Shown here piece after piece: positions 10,510-20,488 of a DNA stretch of 64,000 nt (position 1 is its first letter; every line of letters starts with the position of its first letter). Origin of the DNA: Chthoniobacterales bacterium. Its GTDB lineage: Bacteria; Verrucomicrobiota; Verrucomicrobiia; Chthoniobacterales; JACTMZ01. The stretch covers positions 24,642 to 88,641 of the forward strand of contig JAJTYZ010000041.1 of NCBI GenBank assembly GCA_021463515.1, written 5' to 3'. The position numbers and the translations under genes are program-made. The notes beneath the pieces are model-generated. The model worked only from the letters and a program-made list of their open reading frames with translations. It was not told where the DNA came from and did no database searches.

Positions 10510-11416
10510 CGCATTTTCGCTCGTCGAAATGCTCATCGCTGCCGTCATTGGCGCGGCAGTAATTACCGGTGCCGTTATGGGCTTCGGCGTTATTTCGGGG
10601 TTGTCCTTAAATCGCGGCACCACCAATGTCGAACTGCCCTCCGGCGTGATGGCCAATTGGTATGGAACCAATGTGTCCTATGTCACACTTGGAAATAATC
10701 CTAACTATTTTCAAGCGGCTCAGGCGCGACGCATGAAAGACCGCCTCATGACCGATGTGCTCGCTTCGTCGGCTGTATTTTGTCTCGGCAGAAATGTAGT
10801 AACCACGCCCGCCGAACGTGTGCTGACATGGCCGCTGGTATCGGATACCGACTTTCGCCAATACGCGACGCCTTCTACATTTCGTAATTTTCTCGTGGGG
10901 GCAAATAGCGACATGGCGGATATTTTCCCTGCATCGCAAGATGGGCCACTGCTTAATAAAACCAACGCGACCATCTTTTTGGTGGGAACATTATCTTCCA
11001 TTCTGCAGCGCCCGAATACCCTCACGATTTTGGCGATTTACGAAATGGATTTCGTTCCCACGGTAAAACCTGCCGGTGGAACTGTGGCCTCGGTGCGACG
11101 TTACAGCGGAACGAATACAGCGGTGCCAACCGATTATTATCATGTTTATTATCCCGAGGAATCCAATGGCTCGAATGGATTTCGTCCGCTCGCGGCCTTT
11201 TTCGGACGCAAGGCGGCTGACCCGGGAGGAACGGACCCCTTTCATGTGGCCATAAATCAACCATTTACCTTTGTGTGGTGGCCCGATCCGCTTGTTTCTA
11301 CGCTCGAAGGAAATGCCATACCGAGTTTTACGTCGAGTTCTGCGAGGGGTAACTACTCCAATATGGCAGAGCGTACATCCTTGTTTTTTGTGCTTCCTGC
11401 TTTCCCTTCGCTATGA
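10481..11416 (+). CDS. prepilin-type N-terminal domain protein (large pseudopilin)
   Basis: Starts MTPNPPNPNS-AFSLVEMLIAAVIGAAVITG (F+1, E+5, hydrophobic helix). 311 aa from the ATG at 10481; the ORF-track start is 10466. Confidence 0.75.
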   Translation: MTPNPPNPNSAFSLVEMLIAAVIGAAVITGAVMGFGVISGLSLNRGTTNVELPSGVMANWYGTNVSYVTLGNNPNYFQAAQARRMKDRLMTDVLASSAVFCLGRNVVTTPAERVLTWPLVSDTDFRQYATPSTFRNFLVGANSDMADIFPASQDGPLLNKTNATIFLVGTLSSILQRPNTLTILAIYEMDFVPTVKPAGGTVASVRRYSGTNTAVPTDYYHVYYPEESNGSNGFRPLAAFFGRKAADPGGTDPFHVAINQPFTFVWWPDPLVSTLEGNAIPSFTSSSARGNYSNMAERTSLFFVLPAFPSL

Positions 11417-12678
11417 AGTCTTCGCCCCCAAATGACATCTCCGGTTCCGTGCTTGTTTTTGCCGTGCTTTTGCTGACGGTGGGTGCCTTTGTGTTAGCCG
11501 GAATTGCGCAGCTTGCGGCAACCCAGGCTTTGGTAGGCGAAAGTGAATGGGAGATGGTCAATCGCCACATTCGTTTGGACAACAGCCGTGCCATGGCGCG
11601 GCAATATGTGATGCAAAGGATGTTCATTGGCCCCATCACCAACGACGTCTCCTACACCGATGGTTCGGGTTATGGGGGCTTTCAAATTTTTGAGGCCCCC
11701 GGAACGGATAATTATTGGACGACCCTTTCGACGACAAATACGAATGTGAATCTCAAAATTAATCCCTTCACCCTCATGGAGCGGGGGGGATTTTACCGGG
11801 TGGTTATCGGAGGAACGATCACCGATGGCGTGGATGATATCGCGTGGAATTTTCAAGTGCGTACACGCAGCCCTATTGCTGCCGGTTATCCCGTCGTTCA
11901 GCATAAACCGGCGAACGCCAACCTCTCCGGTTTGGTGGGTGACTCTCCCTACGTGGACATGAATAATGCTGAACAGATTATTGGATTTCATGAAATGGCA
12001 CGGATGAGAGTGAGCTCGGTGACCAATACCAATTCCAGTGATACGACGGGGTACGTTGGCTATCTCGATGCTCCCACGGGTGTCGCTTCCTTTGCGCCAT
12101 TCACCGCCGCAACGATGAGCCCATTTGAAACCGACACCAATGGCGTGGCCACCAATTTGCAGGCGGTGGTTAATCTCGGCTCCACCGATCCCAATGATAC
12201 GAGTCAGGTTTTGGTCTATTTGGTTCCATCGCAGGCGGAGTATTTTGAAACAAACGCGATCCCTGCTATCACCAACACACTTCCGGTAGTTTCCGTGCGA
12301 CTCATTGGCACCAGCATCTATGGGCTTAAACCTTTGCAAATTATCATTCCCTCCTCCAACACCAATGCGCAACAAATCGAGCTTGTCGGAAATAACCCGG
12401 CGGATACCGGACGTGTGACTTATCTCAATTATCGCCGTGACACGAGTAACCCGGGAGAATTGCAGGTTGTCACAACAAATGCCACGGGAACATGGCGCCT
12501 TGGAATTACGACTTCCCATAGCGATATCGGCTTTGATGGGCCTATTGATATCGTGGGTGGTGTACGAACCGATGGCTTTATCAATGGAAGCCCTACGCTC
12601 CATCAGGAATTAAATCCGGGCGGGTTGGATTACATTGCCGATCGTATGATGTGGCTAGAAGATTACAAAACGCCATGA
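11413..12678 (+). CDS. GspK/PilX-like minor pseudopilin (large, no Glu5)
   Basis: ATGA overlap with the previous gene. N-terminus ...ISGSVLVFAVLLLTVGAFVLAGIAQ followed by about 380 aa of Thr/Asn/Gly-rich, probably beta-rich sequence. Confidence 0.55.
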   Translation: MKSSPPNDISGSVLVFAVLLLTVGAFVLAGIAQLAATQALVGESEWEMVNRHIRLDNSRAMARQYVMQRMFIGPITNDVSYTDGSGYGGFQIFEAPGTDNYWTTLSTTNTNVNLKINPFTLMERGGFYRVVIGGTITDGVDDIAWNFQVRTRSPIAAGYPVVQHKPANANLSGLVGDSPYVDMNNAEQIIGFHEMARMRVSSVTNTNSSDTTGYVGYLDAPTGVASFAPFTAATMSPFETDTNGVATNLQAVVNLGSTDPNDTSQVLVYLVPSQAEYFETNAIPAITNTLPVVSVRLIGTSIYGLKPLQIIIPSSNTNAQQIELVGNNPADTGRVTYLNYRRDTSNPGELQVVTTNATGTWRLGITTSHSDIGFDGPIDIVGGVRTDGFINGSPTLHQELNPGGLDYIADRMMWLEDYKTP

Positions 12679-13103
12679 ACGCACGCGCTGCATTTAGTAT
12701 TATTGAGACCATGGTGGCAGCGGCTGTGGTGGCAGTAGGATTGACGGCAGCTGCAGTTTTGGCGGCGAGCATCATGGCCCAACAAGAGCGAGACACAGCC
12801 ACCTTGCGTGCTGCAAATTTGCAGGAGCAAGCAGTGCGTCTTTACCGCATGGACCTTTCCCATGCGCTGATTCTTTCATTGCTTCCCGAGGATTGCCGTG
12901 CGAGCGGTGCGCCTCCGACTAATGGCTATGTGTTGAGTTTTACACGCTCAGCACCGGTAAGTTTGGATGTGGATGGCGTCAATGTTGCCGTCGAACGAAC
13001 AGGTTCGACGATTTCCTATGCGCCTGCGGGAGCGGATGGGGGAGCTCGCACAAATTCCGTGACGATTTTGCGCCCGACTCTGCGGGTTAAATACACCCAA
13101 TAG
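12675..13103 (+). CDS. prepilin-type N-terminal domain protein (small pseudopilin)
   Basis: ATG at 12675 forms an ATGA overlap with the previous gene. Starts MNARA-AFSIIETMVAAAVVAVGL. 142 aa. Confidence 0.75.
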   Translation: MNARAAFSIIETMVAAAVVAVGLTAAAVLAASIMAQQERDTATLRAANLQEQAVRLYRMDLSHALILSLLPEDCRASGAPPTNGYVLSFTRSAPVSLDVDGVNVAVERTGSTISYAPAGADGGARTNSVTILRPTLRVKYTQ

Positions 13104-13118
13104 CTCTGCGCCGTACTT

Positions 13119-14396
13119 ATGCTTAAAAAAGTTCGTCTCACCAACATTTACAACGAGAAGAAATCCGAGGTGATTGTTGATACGGATGATGATGCCAAGG
13201 CTGTTTTTGGAGCGGGAAAATCGCCCAATGAGGTCGCAGAGGTCACGGATATTACGGGAGCGGATGAATTTATTCATCGCTTGACGCAAAAAAAACCGTC
13301 GTTGGAAGAAACGACGAATTTTTTCAACGGCATGGCGCGTTGCTTGCAGCGTAATATCTCGATTAACAAAGGTCTCGAGCTCATGGCCGGGCGCCTTTCG
13401 TCGCCGCGTTATCGTGGGGCGGTGGCGGATATTAGCCGCAGTATTTTGTCCGGCGAAAAAATGAGCGATGCTTTTGCAGAGCATCCTGATCTTTTTTCCG
13501 AAGATGTGTTGGCTCTCATCAATGCCGGTGAGGAGTCGGGGCAAATTGATACCGTCTTTGAGCAAATTACCAGCGGACGTGCAAAGTCACTGCGCATTTT
13601 GCGCAAGCTTCGTGCGGGAATGATTTATCCGGCCATTGTTATTGTTTTGGCCATAGGGGTGATTCTTCTTATGAGCTTCACCCTTATTCCTTCGATGTCG
13701 AAATTGTATGCTTCGATGAATGTGGCGCTCCCATTAGTCACTCGAATCCTTGTCGGATTTTCCAACATTCTCGTCCATCAGCCTTATCTCGCTTTGCTCC
13801 CGATCGTCGCCGTTATCTTGGTTTTTAAGAATTGGGGAAAAATTTATGCTATCCCGAAAGTTCAGATTTTTTTCTCGCGCATACCCAGTCTTGGAAAGCT
13901 CATCACCAAGACTGCAGCGATGGTAAGTTTCCGCGTTCTGTCGCTTCTTTTACATGCGAATGTTCGGGTGGTTACCGCCTTGGAAATTTCTGCAAAAAGT
14001 GCCAATCACGTGGAATTTGAGGAATTTTTCCTCGCCGTGCGTGACCATGTTGTGGATGGACTCTCCATTCCAGAAAGCTTTCTCATGGAATGTCACCGCC
14101 TTGGAAATGATGGGCGCGGCATTGCTTCCGTGGTGCAGATGGCGGGTGAGACAGGCGGAATTTATGAGGTGCTGGATCAAATTGCTTCCGATTACGAAGA
14201 GCAGTTAGATTTGATGTCCGCGCAAATTGATAAACTCCTCGAACCCTTTATTCTCGTCATTTTGGGATCCATGGTGGGGATGATCATTTATGGCATTTAT
14301 GGTCCGATTTTTGGCTTAAACAAAGTCCTCCTAAAACCTGACAAGCCCAAGACGCCGGGAGTGTCGGCTCCTGCCGTGCCCGGAGGTCGCCGCTAA
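13119..14396 (+). CDS. type II secretion system F / PilC-family inner-membrane platform protein
   Basis: 425 aa with the duplicated T2SSF architecture: two cytoplasmic helical domains (…GEKMSDAFAEHPDLFSEDVLALINAGEESGQID… and …GLSIPESFLMECHRLGNDGRGIASVVQMAGETGGI…) and three TM helices. Confidence 0.9.
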   Translation: MLKKVRLTNIYNEKKSEVIVDTDDDAKAVFGAGKSPNEVAEVTDITGADEFIHRLTQKKPSLEETTNFFNGMARCLQRNISINKGLELMAGRLSSPRYRGAVADISRSILSGEKMSDAFAEHPDLFSEDVLALINAGEESGQIDTVFEQITSGRAKSLRILRKLRAGMIYPAIVIVLAIGVILLMSFTLIPSMSKLYASMNVALPLVTRILVGFSNILVHQPYLALLPIVAVILVFKNWGKIYAIPKVQIFFSRIPSLGKLITKTAAMVSFRVLSLLLHANVRVVTALEISAKSANHVEFEEFFLAVRDHVVDGLSIPESFLMECHRLGNDGRGIASVVQMAGETGGIYEVLDQIASDYEEQLDLMSAQIDKLLEPFILVILGSMVGMIIYGIYGPIFGLNKVLLKPDKPKTPGVSAPAVPGGRR

Positions 14397-14398
14397 TC

Positions 14399-15805
14399 AT
14401 GGTTCGTTTTGTTCCCGAAGCGGACTCTCTTGCCGGACGTTTTCTTAAACGGCTGGGGAAGTTGTTTGGGTTGCGTTCCGAGACGGTCTATTCGCGTGCC
14501 ATCATTTTATTGGCACTCATGCTCTTTGTCGTTGTCGGTGTGTCCGTGTCCCTCGTTTGGCGTGTCGTTTTTTCGCAATTTGAGGCAGAGGATGAAGTTG
14601 AACTTTTAGCTACAGCGGAGCGCTTGAAAACTTCCTTGGCGTTTTTTCCTGTTTCAGCGATTCCTGAGGAACTTAAAAGAGCTTCGCTCCTCCTGGGACA
14701 ACGGATTTCTTTACGTACACCTTCCAATCAACATGCCGAGGAGAAGGAAAAAATATCCCTACAATCTTCGGAAGGAGGGGCGAAAGTAGCCGTGTTTGTA
14801 CCTCGCGGGTTGGACGGATTCTTACCGGGGGAAGTGATCGTGAGTGGCCGAAGTTCTTTTGGGAGAGCGGGAGAAACTGCGGCACGTATATTTGTCGTCG
14901 CTGTCGCCGTCGTTGGTGGAGTGATGCTACTTCTTATGCTCGTTGTGGTGGACCGCACCGTCCTCGCTCGTATCCAATTGTTGGCGGACAAGGTAGAAAA
15001 TGAAAAACGTTCGGAGCGTCTGCCGGTGCGGCTGGATGTGCCCGGCGATGACGAAATTGCACAGCTGGCCACCAACATGGAAGAGCTGGCGCGTTTGGTT
15101 CAAACCACGGAGCGCGAATACCGCGCTTCGGAAATCCTTGCCGCAAAGAAACTCGAGGCGTCCCAACAGCAATTGGCTTTACTCTCGGCGCGGCTCGTAC
15201 ATTTACAAGATCAAGAGCGGCGCCGTATCGCCCGAGAATTGCATGATTCCACAGCGCAAAGTTTGTCGGCACTCGAAATGAATATGAGTGTTCTTCAGTC
15301 TCGCGGTGGCGACGAAAAAACACGCCGTCTCGCGGAAGAAGCAGCGATGTTGTGCCGTCAAGTGTGTCAGGAATTGCGAAACATTTCCTATTTATTACAT
15401 CCACCTCTTCTCGAAGAAGAGGGGCTTCCTTTTGCGATCCGTTGGTTTGCCGATGGCTTCACCAAGCGCAATAACATTCCTGTGACGCTCGATTTTTCGG
15501 AGGATTTTCCCCGTCTCGATTTGGAGATTGAAACTGCCATTTTTCGTATTGTGCAGGAAGCCTTTCGTAATATCTACCGTCATTCCGGTGCCGAGCGGGC
15601 ATGGGTCATTTTGCAGGCCGACGAGCAAGAAATAACCCTCGAAATTCGTGACAATGGCCGCGGTCTCCCCGAGGGATTTTCACTCGTGCGCTCTGCCGGC
15701 GTCGGTCTTGCAGGTACGCATGAACGAATGAAACAACTCGGAGGTACCTTTGACGTCGCTTCCTCCGAATACGGCGTTTCCATTCGCTGTCATTTCCCAA
15801 GGTGA
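14399..15805 (+). CDS. sensor histidine kinase, HisKA_3 (NarX/LiaS) type with 2 TM helices and HAMP
   Basis: H-box RRRIARELHDSTAQSLSAL and ATPase motifs IRDNGRGLP and GVGLAGTHERMKQLGG. It starts 3 nt after the gspF-like stop. No response regulator is adjacent. Confidence 0.9.
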   Translation: MVRFVPEADSLAGRFLKRLGKLFGLRSETVYSRAIILLALMLFVVVGVSVSLVWRVVFSQFEAEDEVELLATAERLKTSLAFFPVSAIPEELKRASLLLGQRISLRTPSNQHAEEKEKISLQSSEGGAKVAVFVPRGLDGFLPGEVIVSGRSSFGRAGETAARIFVVAVAVVGGVMLLLMLVVVDRTVLARIQLLADKVENEKRSERLPVRLDVPGDDEIAQLATNMEELARLVQTTEREYRASEILAAKKLEASQQQLALLSARLVHLQDQERRRIARELHDSTAQSLSALEMNMSVLQSRGGDEKTRRLAEEAAMLCRQVCQELRNISYLLHPPLLEEEGLPFAIRWFADGFTKRNNIPVTLDFSEDFPRLDLEIETAIFRIVQEAFRNIYRHSGAERAWVILQADEQEITLEIRDNGRGLPEGFSLVRSAGVGLAGTHERMKQLGGTFDVASSEYGVSIRCHFPR

Positions 15806-15923
15806 TGCGCTCGGCACAGTCGTCTCGTCTGCGCCCTCTAACCAAGCAAATTTACCAACGAGCAATCTAAGCATCACGAGGTCTGCTTTGGCATTGAAGG
15901 CGTGCGATGTTTATGAGTAAGGT

Positions 15924-17009
15924 GTGTCGGTGAATTCTTCGCCACGCCGCACCATTCTTTATGATATTCAAAAAGCTGCGGGGGCGCGGTGTGTTGATTT
16001 TGGAGGTTGGGAAATGCCGGTGCAATTTTCTTCGATTCTTGAGGAGCATCAGGCGGTTCGCACCGCATGTGGGGTGTTTGATATTTCACACATGGGAGAG
16101 ATTTTTATTAGCGGACCGAAGGCATTGGATTGGTTGCAGGGTTTGCTGACCAATGACCTTGCCAAATGCGCGATTGGCAGCTCGCAATATACCTTCCTAC
16201 TTAATGAGCAGGGTGGGGTGATTGACGACTTGATTGTTTATCGGCGAGGTGAGGATGACATTTTGCTGTTGGTAAATGCGGGAAAAATTGCGGAGGACGT
16301 CGTGTGGTTGGAGGCTCATATTGAGGCGGGCATAACATTGGATAATCAGAGCGACGCGATGGGGGCACTTGCAATTCAGGGGCCGGAGTCTCCCAAGATT
16401 TTTCAGGGAATTTTCGGACGTGAGATGCCTGCAAGAAGTACATTTGTGGCATTGCCGCAGGATGGCGAAGAAATCATTGCTGCTGGGACGGGATATACGG
16501 GTGAGGTGGGATTTGAATTATTTTTGCCCAATGAATTAGTCCCGAAGTTGTGGGAGCGGATTCTTGCCTTGGGTGTGAAGCCTTGCGGGTTGGGGGCACG
16601 GGACACATTGCGTTTGGAAATGTGCTATCCGCTTAATGGTTCCGATCTCTCCCCTCAGCGAACGCCTCTCGAAGCAGGACTGGGGGCTTTTGTGGCATTG
16701 GATAAACCGAGCTTTATCGGACGTGATGTGCTTGTGGCTCAAAAGTCGTCCGGCTTGCCCGTGCGATTGGTGGCACTTCGTATGACGGAAAAATCTCCGC
16801 CGCCTCGTGCGCATTATCCGGTGTTGTTCGGGGGCTCGCCCCTTGGTGAAACGACAAGTGGCGTGCTTTCTCCGAGTCTTGGAGTTGGTATCGCGCTTGC
16901 GTATCTTCCACACGATCTTGCTAAGCTCGGGCAGCAAGTTGAGATCAGCATCCGTGGCCGTACCTTTCCCGCCGTGGTTGATAAAAAACCTTTTTATCGC
17001 CCAGCTTAA
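15924..17009 (+). CDS. gcvT: glycine cleavage system aminomethyltransferase T
   Basis: Motifs GGWEMPVQF and ARDTLRLEMCYPLNG. GTG start at 15924 or 15930. Confidence 0.95.
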   Translation: MSVNSSPRRTILYDIQKAAGARCVDFGGWEMPVQFSSILEEHQAVRTACGVFDISHMGEIFISGPKALDWLQGLLTNDLAKCAIGSSQYTFLLNEQGGVIDDLIVYRRGEDDILLLVNAGKIAEDVVWLEAHIEAGITLDNQSDAMGALAIQGPESPKIFQGIFGREMPARSTFVALPQDGEEIIAAGTGYTGEVGFELFLPNELVPKLWERILALGVKPCGLGARDTLRLEMCYPLNGSDLSPQRTPLEAGLGAFVALDKPSFIGRDVLVAQKSSGLPVRLVALRMTEKSPPPRAHYPVLFGGSPLGETTSGVLSPSLGVGIALAYLPHDLAKLGQQVEISIRGRTFPAVVDKKPFYRPA

Positions 17010-17033
17010 AACACCAGCAAAACTGACAACACT

Positions 17034-17411
17034 ATGAACATTCCAGACGACTTAAAATATGCTTCTTCACACGAATGGATTCGTGTCGAAGGCGACACGG
17101 GAACCATCGGAATCACGGATCATGCGCAGGAGGAATTGACCGACATTGTTTATGTCGAAGCACCCAAAGTTGGAGCGGTGTTTGAAGCTGGCGATGTTTG
17201 TGCTGTGGTGGAATCGGTGAAGGCGGCGAGTGATATTTATAGCCCCGTGAGCGGCGAAGTGATCGAAGCCAACGAAGCTCTTGCCTCCAATCCTTCCTTA
17301 GTCAACACGTCGCCTTACGACGAGGGCTGGCTTTTTAAAATCCGACTCACGGACCCTTCGCAACTTGAGGCTCTTAAAACGTCCTCCGATTATCAGGCGC
17401 AGATTGGCTAA
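17034..17411 (+). CDS. gcvH: glycine cleavage system H protein
   Basis: Lipoyl-lysine motif [18 protein letters not shown]. 125 aa. Confidence 0.96.
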   Translation: MNIPDDLKYASSHEWIRVEGDTGTIGITDHAQEELTDIVYVEAPKVGAVFEAGDVCAVVESVKAASDIYSPVSGEVIEANEALASNPSLVNTSPYDEGWLFKIRLTDPSQLEALKTSSDYQAQIG

Positions 17412-17419
17412 TCCCGACG

Positions 17420-20263
17420 ATGAGCCAATCTACCACACCTGAACTTCCTCCCTTTGCTTCACGTCACCTCGGAGCTGACGACTCTGCCATCGCCAAGATG
17501 CTCGCGGTTGTTGGTTGCGCAAACCTAGAGGCACTCATAGACGCCACTGTTCCAGAGTCTATTCGTCGCCGTTCGGAGCTTAACTTGCCCAAGCCTCTTA
17601 GCGAATCCGCCGCTTTGGCGCACATTCGCGCTTATGCGGAGGCAAATAAACCGACACGGTGTTGCCTTGGTATGGGTTACCATTCTTGCCACACACCCTC
17701 GGTAATTCTGCGGAATATTTTGGAAAATCCCGGGTGGTACACCGCGTACACGCCGTATCAGGCGGAGCTTGCGCAGGGGCGATTGGAGGCATTGCTTAAT
17801 TTTCAGACGATGATCACCGATTTGACCGGCATGGAAATTGCCAATGCTTCCTTGCTCGATGAGTCCACAGCTGCGGCGGAAGCGATGGCGATGGCGCATG
17901 GTATTAAAGGCTCAGGCGATAAGATTTTCGTGGCAGATAATGTTCATCCTCAAACCATCTCCTTACTCCGCACCCGGGCAGAACCTCTCGGATGGGAAGT
18001 TGTCAGCGGCCCTTGGCACGAGGCCGCGTTGGATGCCTCGTACTTTGGAGCCTTGGTACAATATCCGGCGACGGATGGTGCTATCGAGGACTACGCGGAC
18101 TTTGCAGTGAGAGTTCATGACGTTAAAGGCGTGATGATTGTCGCCGCCGATTTATTGGCACTCACATTGATAAAATCTCCGTCGGAATTTGGTGCGGATA
18201 TCGTTGTCGGCAGTGCCCAGCGTTTTGGCGTTCCGATGGGTTATGGGGGGCCGCATGCTGCTTATCTTGCGACGCGGGATGCGCATAAAAGACGGATGCC
18301 CGGGCGGCTGGTTGGAATCTCTAAGGATGTGGATGGTCGTCCGGCGTTGCGCTTATCGCTTCAAACGCGGGAGCAACATATTCGTCGCGACAAGGCCACC
18401 AGCAACATTTGCACAGCGCAAGTTTTGCTCGCGGTGATGGCTTCCATGTATGCCGTGTATCATGGACCTAAAGGACTTCGTTCCATCGCCAATCGTGTCC
18501 ATAACAACGCCGTTGCGTTGGCTGCAGCGTTGAGAGCTGTGGGCCATCGCGTGCATCATGAGGTGTTTTTCGACACCCTGCGTATCACCCCAAACGGTGC
18601 CTCGTCAGCGGACATCCTTCAACGTGCTGCAGGCGCTTCTTTTTTGCTGCGTGATTTTCGCGATGGCTCGCTAGGAATTGCTTTGGATGAAACGTTGAAC
18701 GAATCGGATATTGCAGAATTAGCGGCACTCTTTGGGGCATCGCTTCTCTCGGAGGATTTCGAAGGGAGACTTCCTGTCAATGGGCAACGAAAGTCCGAAT
18801 TTTTGACCCATCCGGTTTTTAATTCCTATCATACCGAGACGGAGATGATGCGTTATTTACGCCGCTTGGAAGGGCGTGACTTGGCCCTTAATCATAGCAT
18901 GATTCCCTTGGGTTCCTGCACGATGAAGCTCAATGCGGCGTCCGAAATGATTCCGGTGACGTGGTCAGGATTCAGTGCCTTGCATCCTTTTGCACCCGTA
19001 TCCCATGCCACGGGTTATGCGGCATTGTTCCGCGATTTGGAAACATGGCTCTCAGAAATTACGGGTTTTGCTGCTGTGTCGCTTCAGCCCAATGCCGGAT
19101 CACAAGGCGAGTATGCGGGATTATTGGTCATTCGCGCCTTCCATCGTGCGCAAGGTCATGACACACGGAACGTTTGTCTTATCCCCACATCCTCCCACGG
19201 TACGAATCCTGCGAGTGCGGTGATGGCGGGAATGACCGTTGTTCCGGTGGCTTGTGATGAGGGAGGAAATGTGTCGCTTGATGATCTGCGAAAAAAAGTC
19301 GAGTCCCATGCGGCGAATCTCGCAGCCCTGATGATTACCTATCCTTCCACCCATGGCGTTTTTGAGGAGGACATCGTGGAAATGTGCAAACTCGTTCATG
19401 GCGCAGGCGGGCAGGTTTATATGGATGGTGCCAATCTCAACGCACAGGTTGGGCTGTGTCGTCCGGGTGATATTGGCGCCGATGTCTGCCATCTCAATTT
19501 GCATAAAACATTTTGTATTCCGCACGGTGGTGGGGGCCCGGGTGTGGGTCCGATTGGCGTAGCTGCACATTTGGCACCTTTTTTACCCGGACATTCCATT
19601 GTGGCGACCGGAGGGACGCAAGCTACCGGTGAAATTTCGCAAGCTCCTTGGGGAAGTGCGAACATTCTTCCCATTTCGTGGATGTATATCCGCATGATGG
19701 GTGCCGTCGGACTCACGCAGGCAACGCGGCTGGCGATTCTTAACGCCAATTACATTGCGCGAAAACTCGAGCTCTATTTCGCGGTGCTTTACAAGGGTGC
19801 ACGCGGTTTTGTGGCGCACGAATGCATTCTCGATTTGCGCGAATGGAAAACACGCGCGGGTATTGAAGTGGAGGATGTCGCCAAACGCCTGATGGATTAC
19901 GGATTTCATGCTCCGACGATGAGCTGGCCGGTGCCGGGGACTCTCATGGTGGAGCCGACGGAAAGTGAATCGCTCGAAGAGCTTGATCGCTTTTGTGAAG
20001 CGATGATTGCCATTCATGGCGAGCTGGTGGCTATCGAAGAAGGGCGTTTGGATAAGGACGACAATCCCCTCAAAAATGCACCGCACACAGCAGAGTGCGT
20101 CATTGCGGACAATTGGTCGCATACTTACGCACGCGAACGTGCCGCCTACCCACTGCCTTGGCTTCGCGCCAACAAGTTCTGGCCCTTCGTACGCCGCGTG
20201 GACAATGTCTATGGCGACCGCAACCTCTTTTGCACTTGCTCAGCGTTGAGGGAGGAAAACTAG
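17420..20263 (+). CDS. gcvP: glycine dehydrogenase (decarboxylating), single-chain P protein
   Basis: 947 aa. Motifs [19 protein letters not shown] and the PLP-lysine region [16 protein letters not shown]. Confidence 0.97.
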   Translation: MSQSTTPELPPFASRHLGADDSAIAKMLAVVGCANLEALIDATVPESIRRRSELNLPKPLSESAALAHIRAYAEANKPTRCCLGMGYHSCHTPSVILRNILENPGWYTAYTPYQAELAQGRLEALLNFQTMITDLTGMEIANASLLDESTAAAEAMAMAHGIKGSGDKIFVADNVHPQTISLLRTRAEPLGWEVVSGPWHEAALDASYFGALVQYPATDGAIEDYADFAVRVHDVKGVMIVAADLLALTLIKSPSEFGADIVVGSAQRFGVPMGYGGPHAAYLATRDAHKRRMPGRLVGISKDVDGRPALRLSLQTREQHIRRDKATSNICTAQVLLAVMASMYAVYHGPKGLRSIANRVHNNAVALAAALRAVGHRVHHEVFFDTLRITPNGASSADILQRAAGASFLLRDFRDGSLGIALDETLNESDIAELAALFGASLLSEDFEGRLPVNGQRKSEFLTHPVFNSYHTETEMMRYLRRLEGRDLALNHSMIPLGSCTMKLNAASEMIPVTWSGFSALHPFAPVSHATGYAALFRDLETWLSEITGFAAVSLQPNAGSQGEYAGLLVIRAFHRAQGHDTRNVCLIPTSSHGTNPASAVMAGMTVVPVACDEGGNVSLDDLRKKVESHAANLAALMITYPSTHGVFEEDIVEMCKLVHGAGGQVYMDGANLNAQVGLCRPGDIGADVCHLNLHKTFCIPHGGGGPGVGPIGVAAHLAPFLPGHSIVATGGTQATGEISQAPWGSANILPISWMYIRMMGAVGLTQATRLAILNANYIARKLELYFAVLYKGARGFVAHECILDLREWKTRAGIEVEDVAKRLMDYGFHAPTMSWPVPGTLMVEPTESESLEELDRFCEAMIAIHGELVAIEEGRLDKDDNPLKNAPHTAECVIADNWSHTYARERAAYPLPWLRANKFWPFVRRVDNVYGDRNLFCTCSALREEN

Positions 20264-20365
20264 AGCTTATCAGGAACCTTACAGGCCAAGTTTCGGGTGT
20301 GTTATGCACCCTCCAACGAGACACGCCCACTATCGCGTCCCTTCAGGGCTTAATATTTTCAATCA

Positions 20366-20395
20366 CCCAGACCCAGCCCGTTGGGCTGGGCTGGG
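20366..20395 (+). terminator. strong GC-rich hairpin downstream of gcvP (non-canonical terminator or structural element)
   Basis: CCCAG-A-CCCAGCCC gtt GGGCTGGG-CTGGG forms a 13-bp stem with one bulged A. No T-tract follows. Confidence 0.3.
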
Positions 20396-20488
20396 ATATT
20401 ATCGCGCCTTTGGCGCTCTGGAGTTTGGACATTCTGCGGCACGCCTTTGGCACTTAAAAAGTGCATGACACGACCTAAGCGGCATGGG

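Noticed and set aside
11494-12603. 369-aa antisense ORF, plus similar long shadow ORFs at 49562-50662(-), 22037-22927(-), 27604-28296(-), 35432-36286(-), 43671-44453(-), 51931-52701(-) and 32246-32920(+).
   Set aside because: Each lies entirely inside, and opposite to, a gene with clear family motifs. Their translations are Arg/Gly/His-rich low-complexity sequence, typical of stop-poor antisense frames in GC-rich coding DNA.
13288-13295. A8 homopolymer inside the gspF-like gene as a phase-variation switch (also an A9 tract at 55467-55475).
   Set aside because: The gspF tract encodes an in-frame Lys-Lys in a non-conserved linker of an inner-membrane protein. The A9 tract is intergenic between convergent genes. 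There is no supporting evidence; I kept only the tract in the surface-protein gene at 42228 as a finding.
15806-15923. Expected a glycine riboswitch upstream of gcvT-gcvH-gcvP.
   Set aside because: The 118-nt leader contains none of the conserved glycine-aptamer blocks (GGAGAG ... ACCGAAGGGGCAA-type) and is too short for the usual tandem aptamers. A covariance-model scan would be the decisive test.
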